A program made the translations under genes and the position numbers. The notes beneath the pieces were generated by a model. The model did no database searches. It had not been told where the DNA came from and saw nothing but the letters and a program-made list of their open reading frames with translations. A DNA stretch of 63,352 bases, the filler included. It is 4 parts of 4 records of this genome, joined end to end, with 100 filler letters (N's around TTAATTAATTAA, not from the genome) between each part and the next. Parts side by side here need not be neighbours in the genome. Positions count along the whole stretch, not along the records: positions 51,481 to 63,352 come from SRR20825006_346; 3 more parts are not named here. One strand, given 5' to 3'. Shown here piece by piece: positions 55,158-63,352 of this stretch (position 1 is its first letter; the number at the start of each line of letters is the position of its first letter).

Positions 55158-56371
55158 CAGCCGTCACCCTTGATGTTTCCCGCCCCGCCCTGGGACCCGC
55201 GCCCACGATTGCCACGATTGCCACCGCGCGACTGCGCCAGTGCCTGTGTGAGCCCGGCAAGGTCGCTGCGCAATTCGGCCATGCTTTCCTGACGGCCTGC
55301 GGAAATCTCTTCGAGAATACGCAGCATCTGCACGTCGATCGACCGCAGACGCATCCGGCTTTCGGCATCAATCCCGTCGCCGCCGCCTTGGGCTTCGAAA
55401 TGCGCAATCAGCCGTTCCTGCCCCGCAGCCACCCGCTCCAGCGCCGAATTTTCGGGGTCGCCGTGCTGCATCTGCCGGGTCATGCCGTGAATGGCCTCCA
55501 CCAGCATCCCCAGCTTTTCGTCCACCACGGTCCGCGAAATGTCAGACTGGGTGAACATCTGTTGCAGGGTTTCCATCTGCTCGGCAAGATGGTCGATCAC
55601 GCCCGCCATCACGGGCGCATCGCCCCCGGCCTCTTCGCCCGAGGCAAAGCTGACCCGCGTGATCGAACTCAGCCATTCTTCCAGTTCGCGGTAAAACCGG
55701 TTCTGTCCGTGCCCCGCGAACAGCTCGAGCAATCCGACAATCAACGATCCCGCCAGCCCCAGAAGGGACGAACCAAAGGCCACTCCCATACCGCTCAGCT
55801 GGGAATCCAGCCCGTCCATAAGGCGACCAAACACGTCCACACCCGCGTCGCCCTCTTGCGGGGCAAGGCTGCGAATGGTGTCGACCAGCGCGGGAACGGT
55901 GGTTGCCAAGCCGTAGAACGTTCCCAAAAGGCCAAGGAAAATCAGAAGGTTGACGATATATCGCGTGATCTCTCGCGCCTCGTCGACGCGCGTGGCGACC
56001 GAATCCAGAATAGACCGCGTGGACGAGGACGACACCTGCATCCGTGCGCCGCGCGTGCGCAACAGGGACGCCAGTGGCGCCAGCAATTGCGGCGGCTTGT
56101 CGTCACCGTCCTGCGTATCGCCGACAAAGCCTTCGATCCAGCGCACCGACCCGATCAGCTGGAACACCTGCCAAAAGCAGGCGACGACACCGATCAGAAA
56201 GACAAAAAAGATGAACCCGTTCAGATAGGGGTTGGCCTCGAACACAGGCAATACGCTGGGCGCCGCGACGAACACCATCGCCGCGCTCAGGGCGATTACC
56301 ATCAGCATCAGTGCGATCTGCCGCACCGGCTGGGAAAATTGCGGCCGCGCTTCGCGGTCCATCTGCGACAT
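55157..56371 (-). CDS. MotA/TolQ/ExbB-like proton-channel protein with a C-terminal helical tail
   Basis: Four TM segments, LGLLGTFYGL and GMGVAFGSSLLGL; TGATG overlap with the MotB-like gene. Start at ATG 56371 or 56362. Confidence 0.85.
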   Translation of the reverse strand: MSQMDREARPQFSQPVRQIALMLMVIALSAAMVFVAAPSVLPVFEANPYLNGFIFFVFLIGVVACFWQVFQLIGSVRWIEGFVGDTQDGDDKPPQLLAPLASLLRTRGARMQVSSSSTRSILDSVATRVDEAREITRYIVNLLIFLGLLGTFYGLATTVPALVDTIRSLAPQEGDAGVDVFGRLMDGLDSQLSGMGVAFGSSLLGLAGSLIVGLLELFAGHGQNRFYRELEEWLSSITRVSFASGEEAGGDAPVMAGVIDHLAEQMETLQQMFTQSDISRTVVDEKLGMLVEAIHGMTRQMQHGDPENSALERVAAGQERLIAHFEAQGGGDGIDAESRMRLRSIDVQMLRILEEISAGRQESMAELRSDLAGLTQALAQSRGGNRGNRGRGSQGGAGNIKGDG

Positions 56372-56443
56372 GCGCCCGGGTCCTTGCCCTAGTTTACTGC
56401 TCTGCAGCAACGATAACGAAGAATGCCCGACAAGGCCAAGGGA

Positions 56444-56974
56444 TTATGCACAGATTGCCCGCACACGCGCCGCCAACCAGTCCAGATCGGCATCTTGCAG
56501 CCCGATCTGGTTCAAATGATCGGCAGTGTTGAAAAGATATTCTGTGTTGGGGCCACGCCCGCCCACTGCCTTGGCGATGATCTGCGCCTGTTCTTCCAGC
56601 GGCAGGCCGCCACAATACTGGTCGTGTTCGGCGTCGATGATATAGGCGACGGCATCGACCACGCGCCCGTCCACCAATTGCAAGGACACGGTTGCCTCAT
56701 AATAGGCCGACGAAATCAGCTCGCGGGCGCGCAGATACTCCAGCGTCGCCTCTTCTGCGCCCGCCTCGACCTCCATTGCGATGCCTTCGCAAGAGGCCGG
56801 CGGCACCGCGTCCAGCGCCAGCACCAGCCCCGGTTCCGCTTCCGTGCCTCGGTGATGGATCGAGCGCATACAAAACGACCGCTGATAGCCTTTCAGCCGT
56901 GCGACAACCCGATCAGCCACCGGAAAACCGGGGTTCCAAAGCAAGCTGCCATAGCCAAAAACCCACATCGTCAT
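56444..56974 (-). CDS. chaC: ChaC-family gamma-glutamylcyclotransferase
   Basis: WVFGYGSLLWNP, HRGT..EPGLVL, YLRARE and GPNTEYL. Start moved to ATG 56974. Confidence 0.9.
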   Translation of the reverse strand: MTMWVFGYGSLLWNPGFPVADRVVARLKGYQRSFCMRSIHHRGTEAEPGLVLALDAVPPASCEGIAMEVEAGAEEATLEYLRARELISSAYYEATVSLQLVDGRVVDAVAYIIDAEHDQYCGGLPLEEQAQIIAKAVGGRGPNTEYLFNTADHLNQIGLQDADLDWLAARVRAICA

Positions 56975-57054
56975 CGACACTGTCCCCTTTGTCTTTGTCG
57001 CAGGCCGGTAAACCCGATTCGCCCATCCAATGAAAGCCGCGCCCCGGACCGCCC

Positions 57055-57113
57055 CCTTCTTTTGGCCAAAAATATCCTGGGGGAGCCGCATCCGCGGCGG
57101 GGGCAAAGCCCCC
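57055..57113 (+). repeat. intergenic repeat, copy 2
   Basis: CCTTCTTTTGGCCAAAAATATCCTGGGGG-AGCCGCATCCGCGGC-GGGGGCAAAGCCCCC. Confidence 0.7.
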
Positions 57114-57120
57114 GAACACC

Positions 57121-57930
57121 CTAGCGGCAATAAGATCCGCTGCGATAGCGCGCCGTGTCAAAGTGCAGGTGGTCGCGGTGATAGCCGTCCGAACCGGGGC
57201 CCAGAACCGTGCCAAAAGTCCCACAGGCCCCCGCGTGCATCTCGCGCAGCGCCTTGCCGTGGCGGCGGGAGTTCCACCCTTCCAGCACGCTGACAATTTC
57301 GCCGCTCTGCAATTGAAAGCCCGAGATATCGATCGCCCGGCCCTTGCCATGTTCGGACACTTTCGCGCCGGGCTGATTGTTGCGCGTGCGACAGGTGTAA
57401 TGCGCGGCGACGCGGTAACCCGTCAGACCGCCCAGACGCGCCAGCGCCGGTTTCGCGCTGCGCTCGGTCCATGTTTTCAACGCCTTGGCCGTTGCGCAAT
57501 CCATCACCGCCTCCTGGCTCAGCGCGATGCCGGAGACCGATCTCAGTTTGATGGCCTCGCCGATGCCACAGGCCGCTATCGGGCCCGGCACGGGGCCGAG
57601 ATAGGTGCCTTGCAAGTCGACATCACCACAGACCGCCCCTTTGGCGCGTTGGCGTTTCTTTGCCATGGCCTTTTGCTCAAGCGATCTGGGCCGCACGGAA
57701 GGGCGTAATGCCGACAGAGGACCAGCGAATGACGCAGCCGACGCCAGATGCACCGCGCTTTGGTCCGGCTGTAGCAGGATCACCCCGGAACGGGCCACCA
57801 CGGGCTGTGCGGTTGCCGCAGGCAGCGAAACGGCCGCGCGGGGCATTGGGCGAAGCGATTTTTTGGGCGCTTGCGCTGCCGCAGCCGTGGCCAGACACAG
57901 GGCCAACACGACTGTCAGCCCCGCCTTCAT
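57121..57930 (-). CDS. extensin-like C-terminal domain protein (exported; M15-like metal ligands)
   Basis: Signal peptide MKAGLTVV...AAA-Q; YTCR, SEHGKGRAID and FGTVLGPGSDGYHRDHLHFD. Start moved to ATG 57930. Confidence 0.85.
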   Translation of the reverse strand: MKAGLTVVLALCLATAAAAQAPKKSLRPMPRAAVSLPAATAQPVVARSGVILLQPDQSAVHLASAASFAGPLSALRPSVRPRSLEQKAMAKKRQRAKGAVCGDVDLQGTYLGPVPGPIAACGIGEAIKLRSVSGIALSQEAVMDCATAKALKTWTERSAKPALARLGGLTGYRVAAHYTCRTRNNQPGAKVSEHGKGRAIDISGFQLQSGEIVSVLEGWNSRRHGKALREMHAGACGTFGTVLGPGSDGYHRDHLHFDTARYRSGSYCR

Positions 57931-58868
57931 GATTTGCCGACCTGCGGCGTGCGGCCAAAGTCCGGCGCATCGGTGTCCTGTCCCGCTTCGATGATACCGC
58001 GCCGGATCGCGCGGGTGCGGGTGAAATAGTCGAACAAATGGTCGCCGTCGCCGGTGCGGATGGCGCGTTGCAGCGCGAACAGCTCTTCGGTGAAGCGCCC
58101 CAGAATCTCCAGCGTCGCGTCCTTGTTGGTCAGGAACACATCCCGCCACATGGTCGGGTCGGATGCAGCAATGCGGGTAAAGTCCCGAAAGCCGGCGGCA
58201 GAGTACTTGATGACTTCACCATCGGTCACGCGGCCCAGATCATCGGCCACGCCCACCATCGTGTAGGCGATCAGGTGCGGTGTATGCGATGTGACAGCCA
58301 GCACCAGATCGTGGTGGTCGGCGTCCATTTCCTCGACATTCGAACCGATACCCTCCCACAGTGTGCGCAGGCGCGCGGTGGCTTTCGGGTCAGTCCCCTC
58401 GACCGGGACCAGCAGGCACCAACGGTTGTCGAACAAGGTTGCAAAGCCCGATTCCGGTCCTGAATGTTCGGTCCCAGCCAGCGGGTGACCGGGAATAAAG
58501 TGTACGCCTTCGGGTAAATGCGGGCCGACGCTTTCAATCACGCTGCGCTTGACCGAACCTACGTCGGTTACGGTTGCACCCTTGGCCAGATGCGGCGCAA
58601 TCTCGGCGGCAACGGCGGCCATCGCCCCCACGGGTACGGCCAGCACCACCAGATCGGCACCCTCGACCGCTTCGGCGGCGGTGTCGCACACACGATCCGT
58701 CAGCCCGATACGGCGCGCGGTGTCGCGGGTGGCCTGGCTGCGGGCATAGCCCGTTACCTCGGCCGCCAACCCGCCGCGCCGGATCGCCCAGAACATCGAC
58801 GAGGCGATCAGCCCGAGACCGATCAGCGCAATGCGGTTGTAGACAGGGGCCTGTGCAACACCGGTCAT
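57927..58868 (-). CDS. tyrC: cyclohexadienyl/prephenate dehydrogenase
   Basis: [38 protein letters not shown] and [18 protein letters not shown]; follows hisC. Confidence 0.93.
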   Translation of the reverse strand: MTGVAQAPVYNRIALIGLGLIASSMFWAIRRGGLAAEVTGYARSQATRDTARRIGLTDRVCDTAAEAVEGADLVVLAVPVGAMAAVAAEIAPHLAKGATVTDVGSVKRSVIESVGPHLPEGVHFIPGHPLAGTEHSGPESGFATLFDNRWCLLVPVEGTDPKATARLRTLWEGIGSNVEEMDADHHDLVLAVTSHTPHLIAYTMVGVADDLGRVTDGEVIKYSAAGFRDFTRIAASDPTMWRDVFLTNKDATLEILGRFTEELFALQRAIRTGDGDHLFDYFTRTRAIRRGIIEAGQDTDAPDFGRTPQVGKS

Positions 58869-59956
58869 GCGCTTTTGCTTTCTTTGAACTGACGCACTGC
58901 GTGCACGACGCGGCGGCAGGCGCTTTCATCGCCGACAGTGATGCGCAGCGCGGCCGGCAGTTTATAGCCCGCCACACGGCGCACGATCAGCCCTTGGGTC
59001 TGCAGCCACGCATCGCAGGCGTTGGCCTCGTCGGCGCTGCCGAAACGGGCCAGCACAAAATTGGCGTGGCTCACGTCCGAGGGCACACCCAAGGCTGCCA
59101 GCCCTTCGGCCAGAATGGTGCGGCAACGGGCGTTTTCACTGCGGCAGTGGTCGGCATAGGCCACGTCGCGCACCGCCGCCTCGGCGGTGTCCAGCGCCGC
59201 CTGGCTGACGTTGAACGGACCGCGCACACGGTTCAGCACGTCGATCACATGGGCCGGACCATAGCCCCAACCAATGCGCAACCCGCCCAGTCCGTACAGT
59301 TTCGAGAACGTGCGGGTCATCACGACGTTCTGGCGGCTGTCCACCAGCGACGCCCCGCCATCATAGCCTTCGACGTAATCGGCATAGGCCCCGTCCAGCA
59401 CCAGCAGCGCCTGTTTCGGCAGGCCGTCCGCCAGACGCGCGATTTCCGTGTCCGCGATCATGGTGCCGGTGGGGTTGTTGGGGTTGGCGATGAACACCAG
59501 CCGCGTCTTTTTGGTGCAGGCCGCCAACAGAGCATCGACATCGGTGACGCGGTCGGCTTCCAGCACTTCGACCGGTGTCGCCCCTGCTGCCTTTGCGCTG
59601 ATGGAATACATGCCAAAGCCGTGGACGGTGTGCACGACCTCGGTGCCCGGCCCGGCATAGGCGTTGCACAGAAACGCAATGATTTCGTCCGATCCTGCAC
59701 CGCAAATGATCCGCTCGGCGTCGACACCGTGGACCTGCGCAAGGGCGGCGCGCAGAGACGCGTGGTCGGTCGACGGGTAGCGGTGCAACTGGTGGGATGC
59801 CCGGCGAAACGCCTCCATTGCCTTGTCGGACGGCCCCAGCGGGTTCTCGTTCGACGACAGCTTTACCGCGTTTTCCACGCCCGCCACATGGCTGGTGCCC
59901 CCCACGTATGGGTCGATGGACATGATGCCGGGTTGTGGCGCAATCGCTTGGGTCAT
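58865..59956 (-). CDS. hisC: histidinol-phosphate aminotransferase
   Basis: [28 protein letters not shown] and the PLP lysine motif [15 protein letters not shown]. Confidence 0.95.
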   Translation of the reverse strand: MTQAIAPQPGIMSIDPYVGGTSHVAGVENAVKLSSNENPLGPSDKAMEAFRRASHQLHRYPSTDHASLRAALAQVHGVDAERIICGAGSDEIIAFLCNAYAGPGTEVVHTVHGFGMYSISAKAAGATPVEVLEADRVTDVDALLAACTKKTRLVFIANPNNPTGTMIADTEIARLADGLPKQALLVLDGAYADYVEGYDGGASLVDSRQNVVMTRTFSKLYGLGGLRIGWGYGPAHVIDVLNRVRGPFNVSQAALDTAEAAVRDVAYADHCRSENARCRTILAEGLAALGVPSDVSHANFVLARFGSADEANACDAWLQTQGLIVRRVAGYKLPAALRITVGDESACRRVVHAVRQFKESKSA

Positions 59957-60081
59957 GGGTTGGCTCCTTCGGAGGTTGTTTTAGCGAGGCAAACGCGCCT
60001 GCGCCATGCTCTTTTGCGGCTGCGGAAGTTTGCCAACGCCAGTGTGTCCTAACGTCCTTTGTGTTGCGCCGCCAGCGCGCA

Positions 60082-60096
60082 GAACATAAAGTGAAC
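60082..60096 (+). promoter_or_regulatory. alphaproteobacterial LexA (SOS) box
   Basis: GAAC-ATAAAGT-GAAC matches GAAC-N7-GAAC exactly and ends 2 nt before the ATG at 60099. Confidence 0.85.
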
Positions 60097-60098
60097 AA

Positions 60099-61331
60099 AT
60101 GGTTAAATCACTGTCAGAAAAACTCGCGATTCTCTCCGATGCGGCGCGCTATGACGCCTCCTGCGCCTCGTCGGGGGGCACCAAACGCAACAGCCGCGAC
60201 GGCACGGGGCTTGGCTCGAACGAAGGATCGGGAATTTGCCATGCCTATACGCCCGACGGGCGGTGCATCAGCCTGCTCAAGATCCTGATGACCAACTTTT
60301 GCATTTACGACTGTGCCTATTGCGTCAACCGCGTGTCCTCGAACACGCCCCGCGCCCGGTTTACCCCAGAAGAGGTCGTGTCGCTGACCATCGAATTCTA
60401 TCGCCGCAACTATATCGAAGGGCTATTCTTGTCCTCGGGCATCATCCAGTCGCCGGACAAGACGATGGAGGACATGGTCCAGATCGCCCGCCTGCTGCGC
60501 ACGCGCGAGAATTTTCGCGGCTATATCCACCTGAAAACCATTCCCGACGCGGCGCCCGAACTGATCGCGGCTGCAGGCCTCTACGCTGACCGGCTGTCGA
60601 TCAACGTCGAGCTTCCGACCGAGGCTGCGGTGGCCGCCTATGCGCCCGAAAAGAACCCCGCGACCATCCGTGCCGCGATGCAGGATGTCAAAGCCGGGCG
60701 CGCCGCGTCAAAGGATCGTTCGCACAGCGGGAAACGCCCGCCAAAATTTGCCCCCGCCGGTCAATCAACGCAGATGATTGTCGGTGCGGACGGATCGAAC
60801 GATGCCACCATTCTGGGCCAGGCCAACAGCCTGTACGGCAATTACGGGCTGAAGCGCGTGTATTATTCCGCCTTTTCCCCCATCCCCGACAGCAGTGCAA
60901 AGCTGCCGCTGGTGCAGCCGCCCCTGGTGCGTGAACACCGGTTGTATCAGGCCGACTGGCTGCTGCGCTTCTACGGCTTTTCGGTAGATGAAATCACCGG
61001 GGTGACGCAGGCGGGCAATCTGGATCTGGACATGGACCCCAAGCTGGCCTGGGCCATTGCACACCGCGGGCTGTTTCCGCTGGATGTGCAGCGGGCCTCG
61101 CGTGATTTGCTGCTGCGGGTGCCGGGGTTTGGTGTTCGTACGGTGAACCGTATCCTCAGCACGCGCAGACACCGTGATCTGCGCTATGCCGATCTGCAAC
61201 GCATGGGCGCGCTGCTGAAAAAGGCGCGGCCTTTCATCACCCTGCGCGACTGGTCGCCGGGGCGGCTGACCGACAGCGCCGACCTGCGCGCGCGCTTTGC
61301 CCCGCCCCCCGAACAGCTTAGCCTGTTCTGA
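60099..61331 (+). CDS. putative DNA modification/repair radical SAM protein with a C-terminal HhH
   Basis: CIYDCAYC (CxxxCxxC), YDASCASSG, GICHAYTPDGRC, AGQSTQMIVG, REHRLYQADWL, HhH LLRVPGFG and terminal QLSLF. Confidence 0.92.
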   Translation: MVKSLSEKLAILSDAARYDASCASSGGTKRNSRDGTGLGSNEGSGICHAYTPDGRCISLLKILMTNFCIYDCAYCVNRVSSNTPRARFTPEEVVSLTIEFYRRNYIEGLFLSSGIIQSPDKTMEDMVQIARLLRTRENFRGYIHLKTIPDAAPELIAAAGLYADRLSINVELPTEAAVAAYAPEKNPATIRAAMQDVKAGRAASKDRSHSGKRPPKFAPAGQSTQMIVGADGSNDATILGQANSLYGNYGLKRVYYSAFSPIPDSSAKLPLVQPPLVREHRLYQADWLLRFYGFSVDEITGVTQAGNLDLDMDPKLAWAIAHRGLFPLDVQRASRDLLLRVPGFGVRTVNRILSTRRHRDLRYADLQRMGALLKKARPFITLRDWSPGRLTDSADLRARFAPPPEQLSLF

Positions 61332-62764
61332 TGCGCACCATCGCCCTGCCCCGCATCGGCACGGCCCAGGCCTGGCGCGACGCGGCGCGCGGGTTACTGG
61401 CAGAAGATGTGCGTCCCGAGGATGTGTTGTGGTCCTTTGACGATCCCGCACAGGTGGACCTGTTCGCCGCCCAGCCGCGTCGCAAAACCACGCCCGCGCA
61501 GGTGACCGTGCCGAAATCCTTCGTCGACATGGCCAACCGCGTGGTCTGGCACAGCGATGACGACCGCTTTGCCCGGCTTTTTGCGTTCCTGTGGCGGTTG
61601 CGGGATACGCCCGCCCTGATGCAGGATCGGGGCGACGCGCAACTGGCCCATCTGCGCAGGCTGGAAAAGAACGTGAACCGCTGTGCGCACAAGATGAAGG
61701 CCTTTGTCCGCTTTCGCGATCTGAACGCCACAGGCCCCCGCCGCCGCTTTGCTGCCTGGTTCGAGCCGACGCATCACACGGTTGAGCCGACTGCCCCGTT
61801 TTTCGCAAAGCGGTTCGGCGACATGGACTGGATGATCGTCACGCCCGATGTCACCGCACGATTCGAGGATGGCCGCCTGAGCTTTGCGCCCGGTCAGGCG
61901 CGGCCCGATCTGCCCGAGGACGCGACCGAAGAGTTATGGGGCACCTATTTCTGCAATATCTTCAACCCCGCACGGGTCAAGGTGCAGGCGATGACCTCGG
62001 AGATGCCGCGCAAATACTGGAAGAACATGCCAGAAACCCGGCATATCCCGCAGCTGTTGGCCAACGCCGAGGCGCGCGCCCGTCAGATGCAAGAGGCCAT
62101 GCCGACCCTGCCGCCGCTGCGGGCCGAACGGATCACCGCCAGCTTGGCCGATCTGCGCGCCACCGCGACCCGCGACAGTCTGGAAACGGTGAACGCGCAA
62201 ATCCGCGCCTGCACCCGATGCGCCCTGTGTCGCCCTGCCACACAGGCGGTGACCGGCGAAGGGCCACGTGATGCTGCGCTGATGGTGGTGGGCGAACAGC
62301 CCGGCGATGTCGAGGATCGGACAGGGCGTCCCTTTGTCGGACCTGCGGGTCAGCTTTTTGACGAGATTGCAGCACAAGCAGGACTGGACCGGCAGGCAAC
62401 CTATGTCACGAACGCTGTAAAACATTTCAAATTCCAGCAACGTGGCAAACGCCGGATGCACCAGTCGCCCAATCAGGGCGAGGTGCAGCATTGCAAATGG
62501 TGGCTCGAGGCCGAGGTGGCCTTGGTCAAGCCCAAGCTGATCCTGGCGATGGGAGGAACGGCACTGCTGGCACTGACCGGGACCAAGGATGGCATCCTGA
62601 AACGACGCGGGCAGATTGAGGATACGGCTTATGGGCCGGTTCTGGTGACGCTGCACCCGTCCTATCTGTTGCGTCTGCCGGACGCATCGCTGCGCGCGGC
62701 ACAGACCGACCTGTTCCGCGCCGATCTGGTGCAGGCCGCGCAGAAGGCCCAACTGGTTGCGTAA
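61331..62764 (+). CDS. udgX: DUF4130 domain fused to a UdgX-type family-4 uracil-DNA glycosylase
   Basis: N-terminal HKMKAFVRF, IFNPARVK and EMPRKYWKNMPE; C-terminal CTRCALC, GEQPG, TNAVKHFKF, GKRRMH and HPSYLLR. Confidence 0.88.
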   Translation: MRTIALPRIGTAQAWRDAARGLLAEDVRPEDVLWSFDDPAQVDLFAAQPRRKTTPAQVTVPKSFVDMANRVVWHSDDDRFARLFAFLWRLRDTPALMQDRGDAQLAHLRRLEKNVNRCAHKMKAFVRFRDLNATGPRRRFAAWFEPTHHTVEPTAPFFAKRFGDMDWMIVTPDVTARFEDGRLSFAPGQARPDLPEDATEELWGTYFCNIFNPARVKVQAMTSEMPRKYWKNMPETRHIPQLLANAEARARQMQEAMPTLPPLRAERITASLADLRATATRDSLETVNAQIRACTRCALCRPATQAVTGEGPRDAALMVVGEQPGDVEDRTGRPFVGPAGQLFDEIAAQAGLDRQATYVTNAVKHFKFQQRGKRRMHQSPNQGEVQHCKWWLEAEVALVKPKLILAMGGTALLALTGTKDGILKRRGQIEDTAYGPVLVTLHPSYLLRLPDASLRAAQTDLFRADLVQAAQKAQLVA

Positions 62765-62775
62765 AGGCTTGAATG

Positions 62776-62807
62776 CAAAAAGGCCGCGCTCGGGGCGCGG
62801 CCTTTTG
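62776..62807. terminator. bidirectional intrinsic terminator
   Basis: CAAAAAGGCCGCGC-TCGGG-GCGCGGCCTTTTG lies between convergent genes. Confidence 0.88.
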
Positions 62808-62832
62808 TAAATCGTAGAACAGATCGAAGCGA

Positions 62833-63352
62833 TCAGTTCTTGGCGTAGAATTCGACCACGAGGTTCGGTTCCATCACCACCGGATACGGCACATCGCCGA
62901 ACGCGGGTGTGCGCACGAATGTGGCGGTCAGCTTCGAGTGGTCGACGTCCATGTAGTCGGGCACGTCACGCTCGGGCAGCTGTGTAGCTTCGAGGATGGC
63001 GGCCATCTGCTTGGAACGGTCACGCACTTCGATCACGTCGCCTTCTTTGACGCGGTAGGACGGAATGTTCACTTTCTTGCCGTTCACACGGACGTGGCCG
63101 TGGTTCACGAACTGACGGGCCGCGAACACGGTCGCCACGAATTTCGCGCGGTAGACAACGGCGTCCAGGCGACGCTCGAGCAGGCCGATCAGGTTTTCAC
63201 CGGTGTCGCCTTTGACACGCTCGGCTTCGGCATAGATGCGGCGGAATTGTTTTTCGGTCAGGTCGCCGTAGTAGCCTTTCAGCTTCTGCTTGGCGCGCAG
63301 CTGCAGACCGAAGTCCGACAGTTTGCCCTTGCGGCGCTGGCCGTGCTGGCCG
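62833..63352 (-). CDS. rpsD: 30S ribosomal protein S4, 5'-truncated by the window edge
   Basis: The frame is open to the window end: [25 protein letters not shown]...[12 protein letters not shown]...[10 protein letters not shown]...[10 protein letters not shown]. Confidence 0.97.
   Translation of the reverse strand, partial: GQHGQRRKGKLSDFGLQLRAKQKLKGYYGDLTEKQFRRIYAEAERVKGDTGENLIGLLERRLDAVVYRAKFVATVFAARQFVNHGHVRVNGKKVNIPSYRVKEGDVIEVRDRSKQMAAILEATQLPERDVPDYMDVDHSKLTATFVRTPAFGDVPYPVVMEPNLVVEFYAKN

Noticed and set aside
53094-56371. Zorya defence system, or the stator for the contig 1 flagellum
   Set aside because: There is no zorC/D/E, the context is housekeeping, and the long coil is on the B subunit. 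The flagellar genes are on a different contig and apparently a different taxon.
53319-60052. Long plus-strand ORFs (53319-54842, 53633-54784, 55091-56392, 58574-60052)
   Set aside because: They are high-GC antisense shadows of well-supported minus-strand genes.

Overview
This window is not one locus. It is four contigs joined by three artificial 100-nt spacers (N44-TTAATTAATTAA-N44 at 16183-16282, 34213-34312 and 51381-51480). Taxonomic calls below are inferred from gene content and sequence style, not from a search. Contig 1 (1-16182) looks gammaproteobacterial (Methylophaga-like): ppc, glgA, zwf, a P-type ATPase, psd, two fliL paralogues and a sigma54-type fliLMNOPQR-flhB-flhA' operon. Contigs 2 and 3 (16283-34212, 34313-51380) look planctomycetal (Rhodopirellula-like). 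They carry a 23S rRNA unit with tRNA-Ile and tRNA-Ala but no 16S, a beta-CASP/flavoprotein/KaiC-like operon, a DUF1611-epimerase-(beta-lactamase+VanX) cluster, a YtrA-type GntR-ABC operon, fcl, an HD-nagB-DUF389 operon, a BIME-like REP array, lacI, rpsA, a solute-binding protein/kinase/receiver trio, argC and DUF1015. Contig 4 (51481-63352) looks like Rhodobacteraceae: clpA', an M23 peptidase, an orphan MotA/MotB-like pair, chaC, an extensin-like gene, tyrC, hisC, a radical SAM + DUF4130-UdgX operon and rpsD'. The best leads are (i) a structured RNA after rpsA with mutually exclusive terminator/antiterminator pairings upstream of the sensor trio, (ii) a LexA-boxed radical SAM/UdgX operon whose two proteins both carry beta-clamp-like motifs, (iii) the planctomycete D-amino-acid/peptidoglycan-peptide cluster, and (iv) the orphan motor pair with a repeat-extended coiled-coil stalk. 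I found no CRISPR array, transposase, integrase or prophage.
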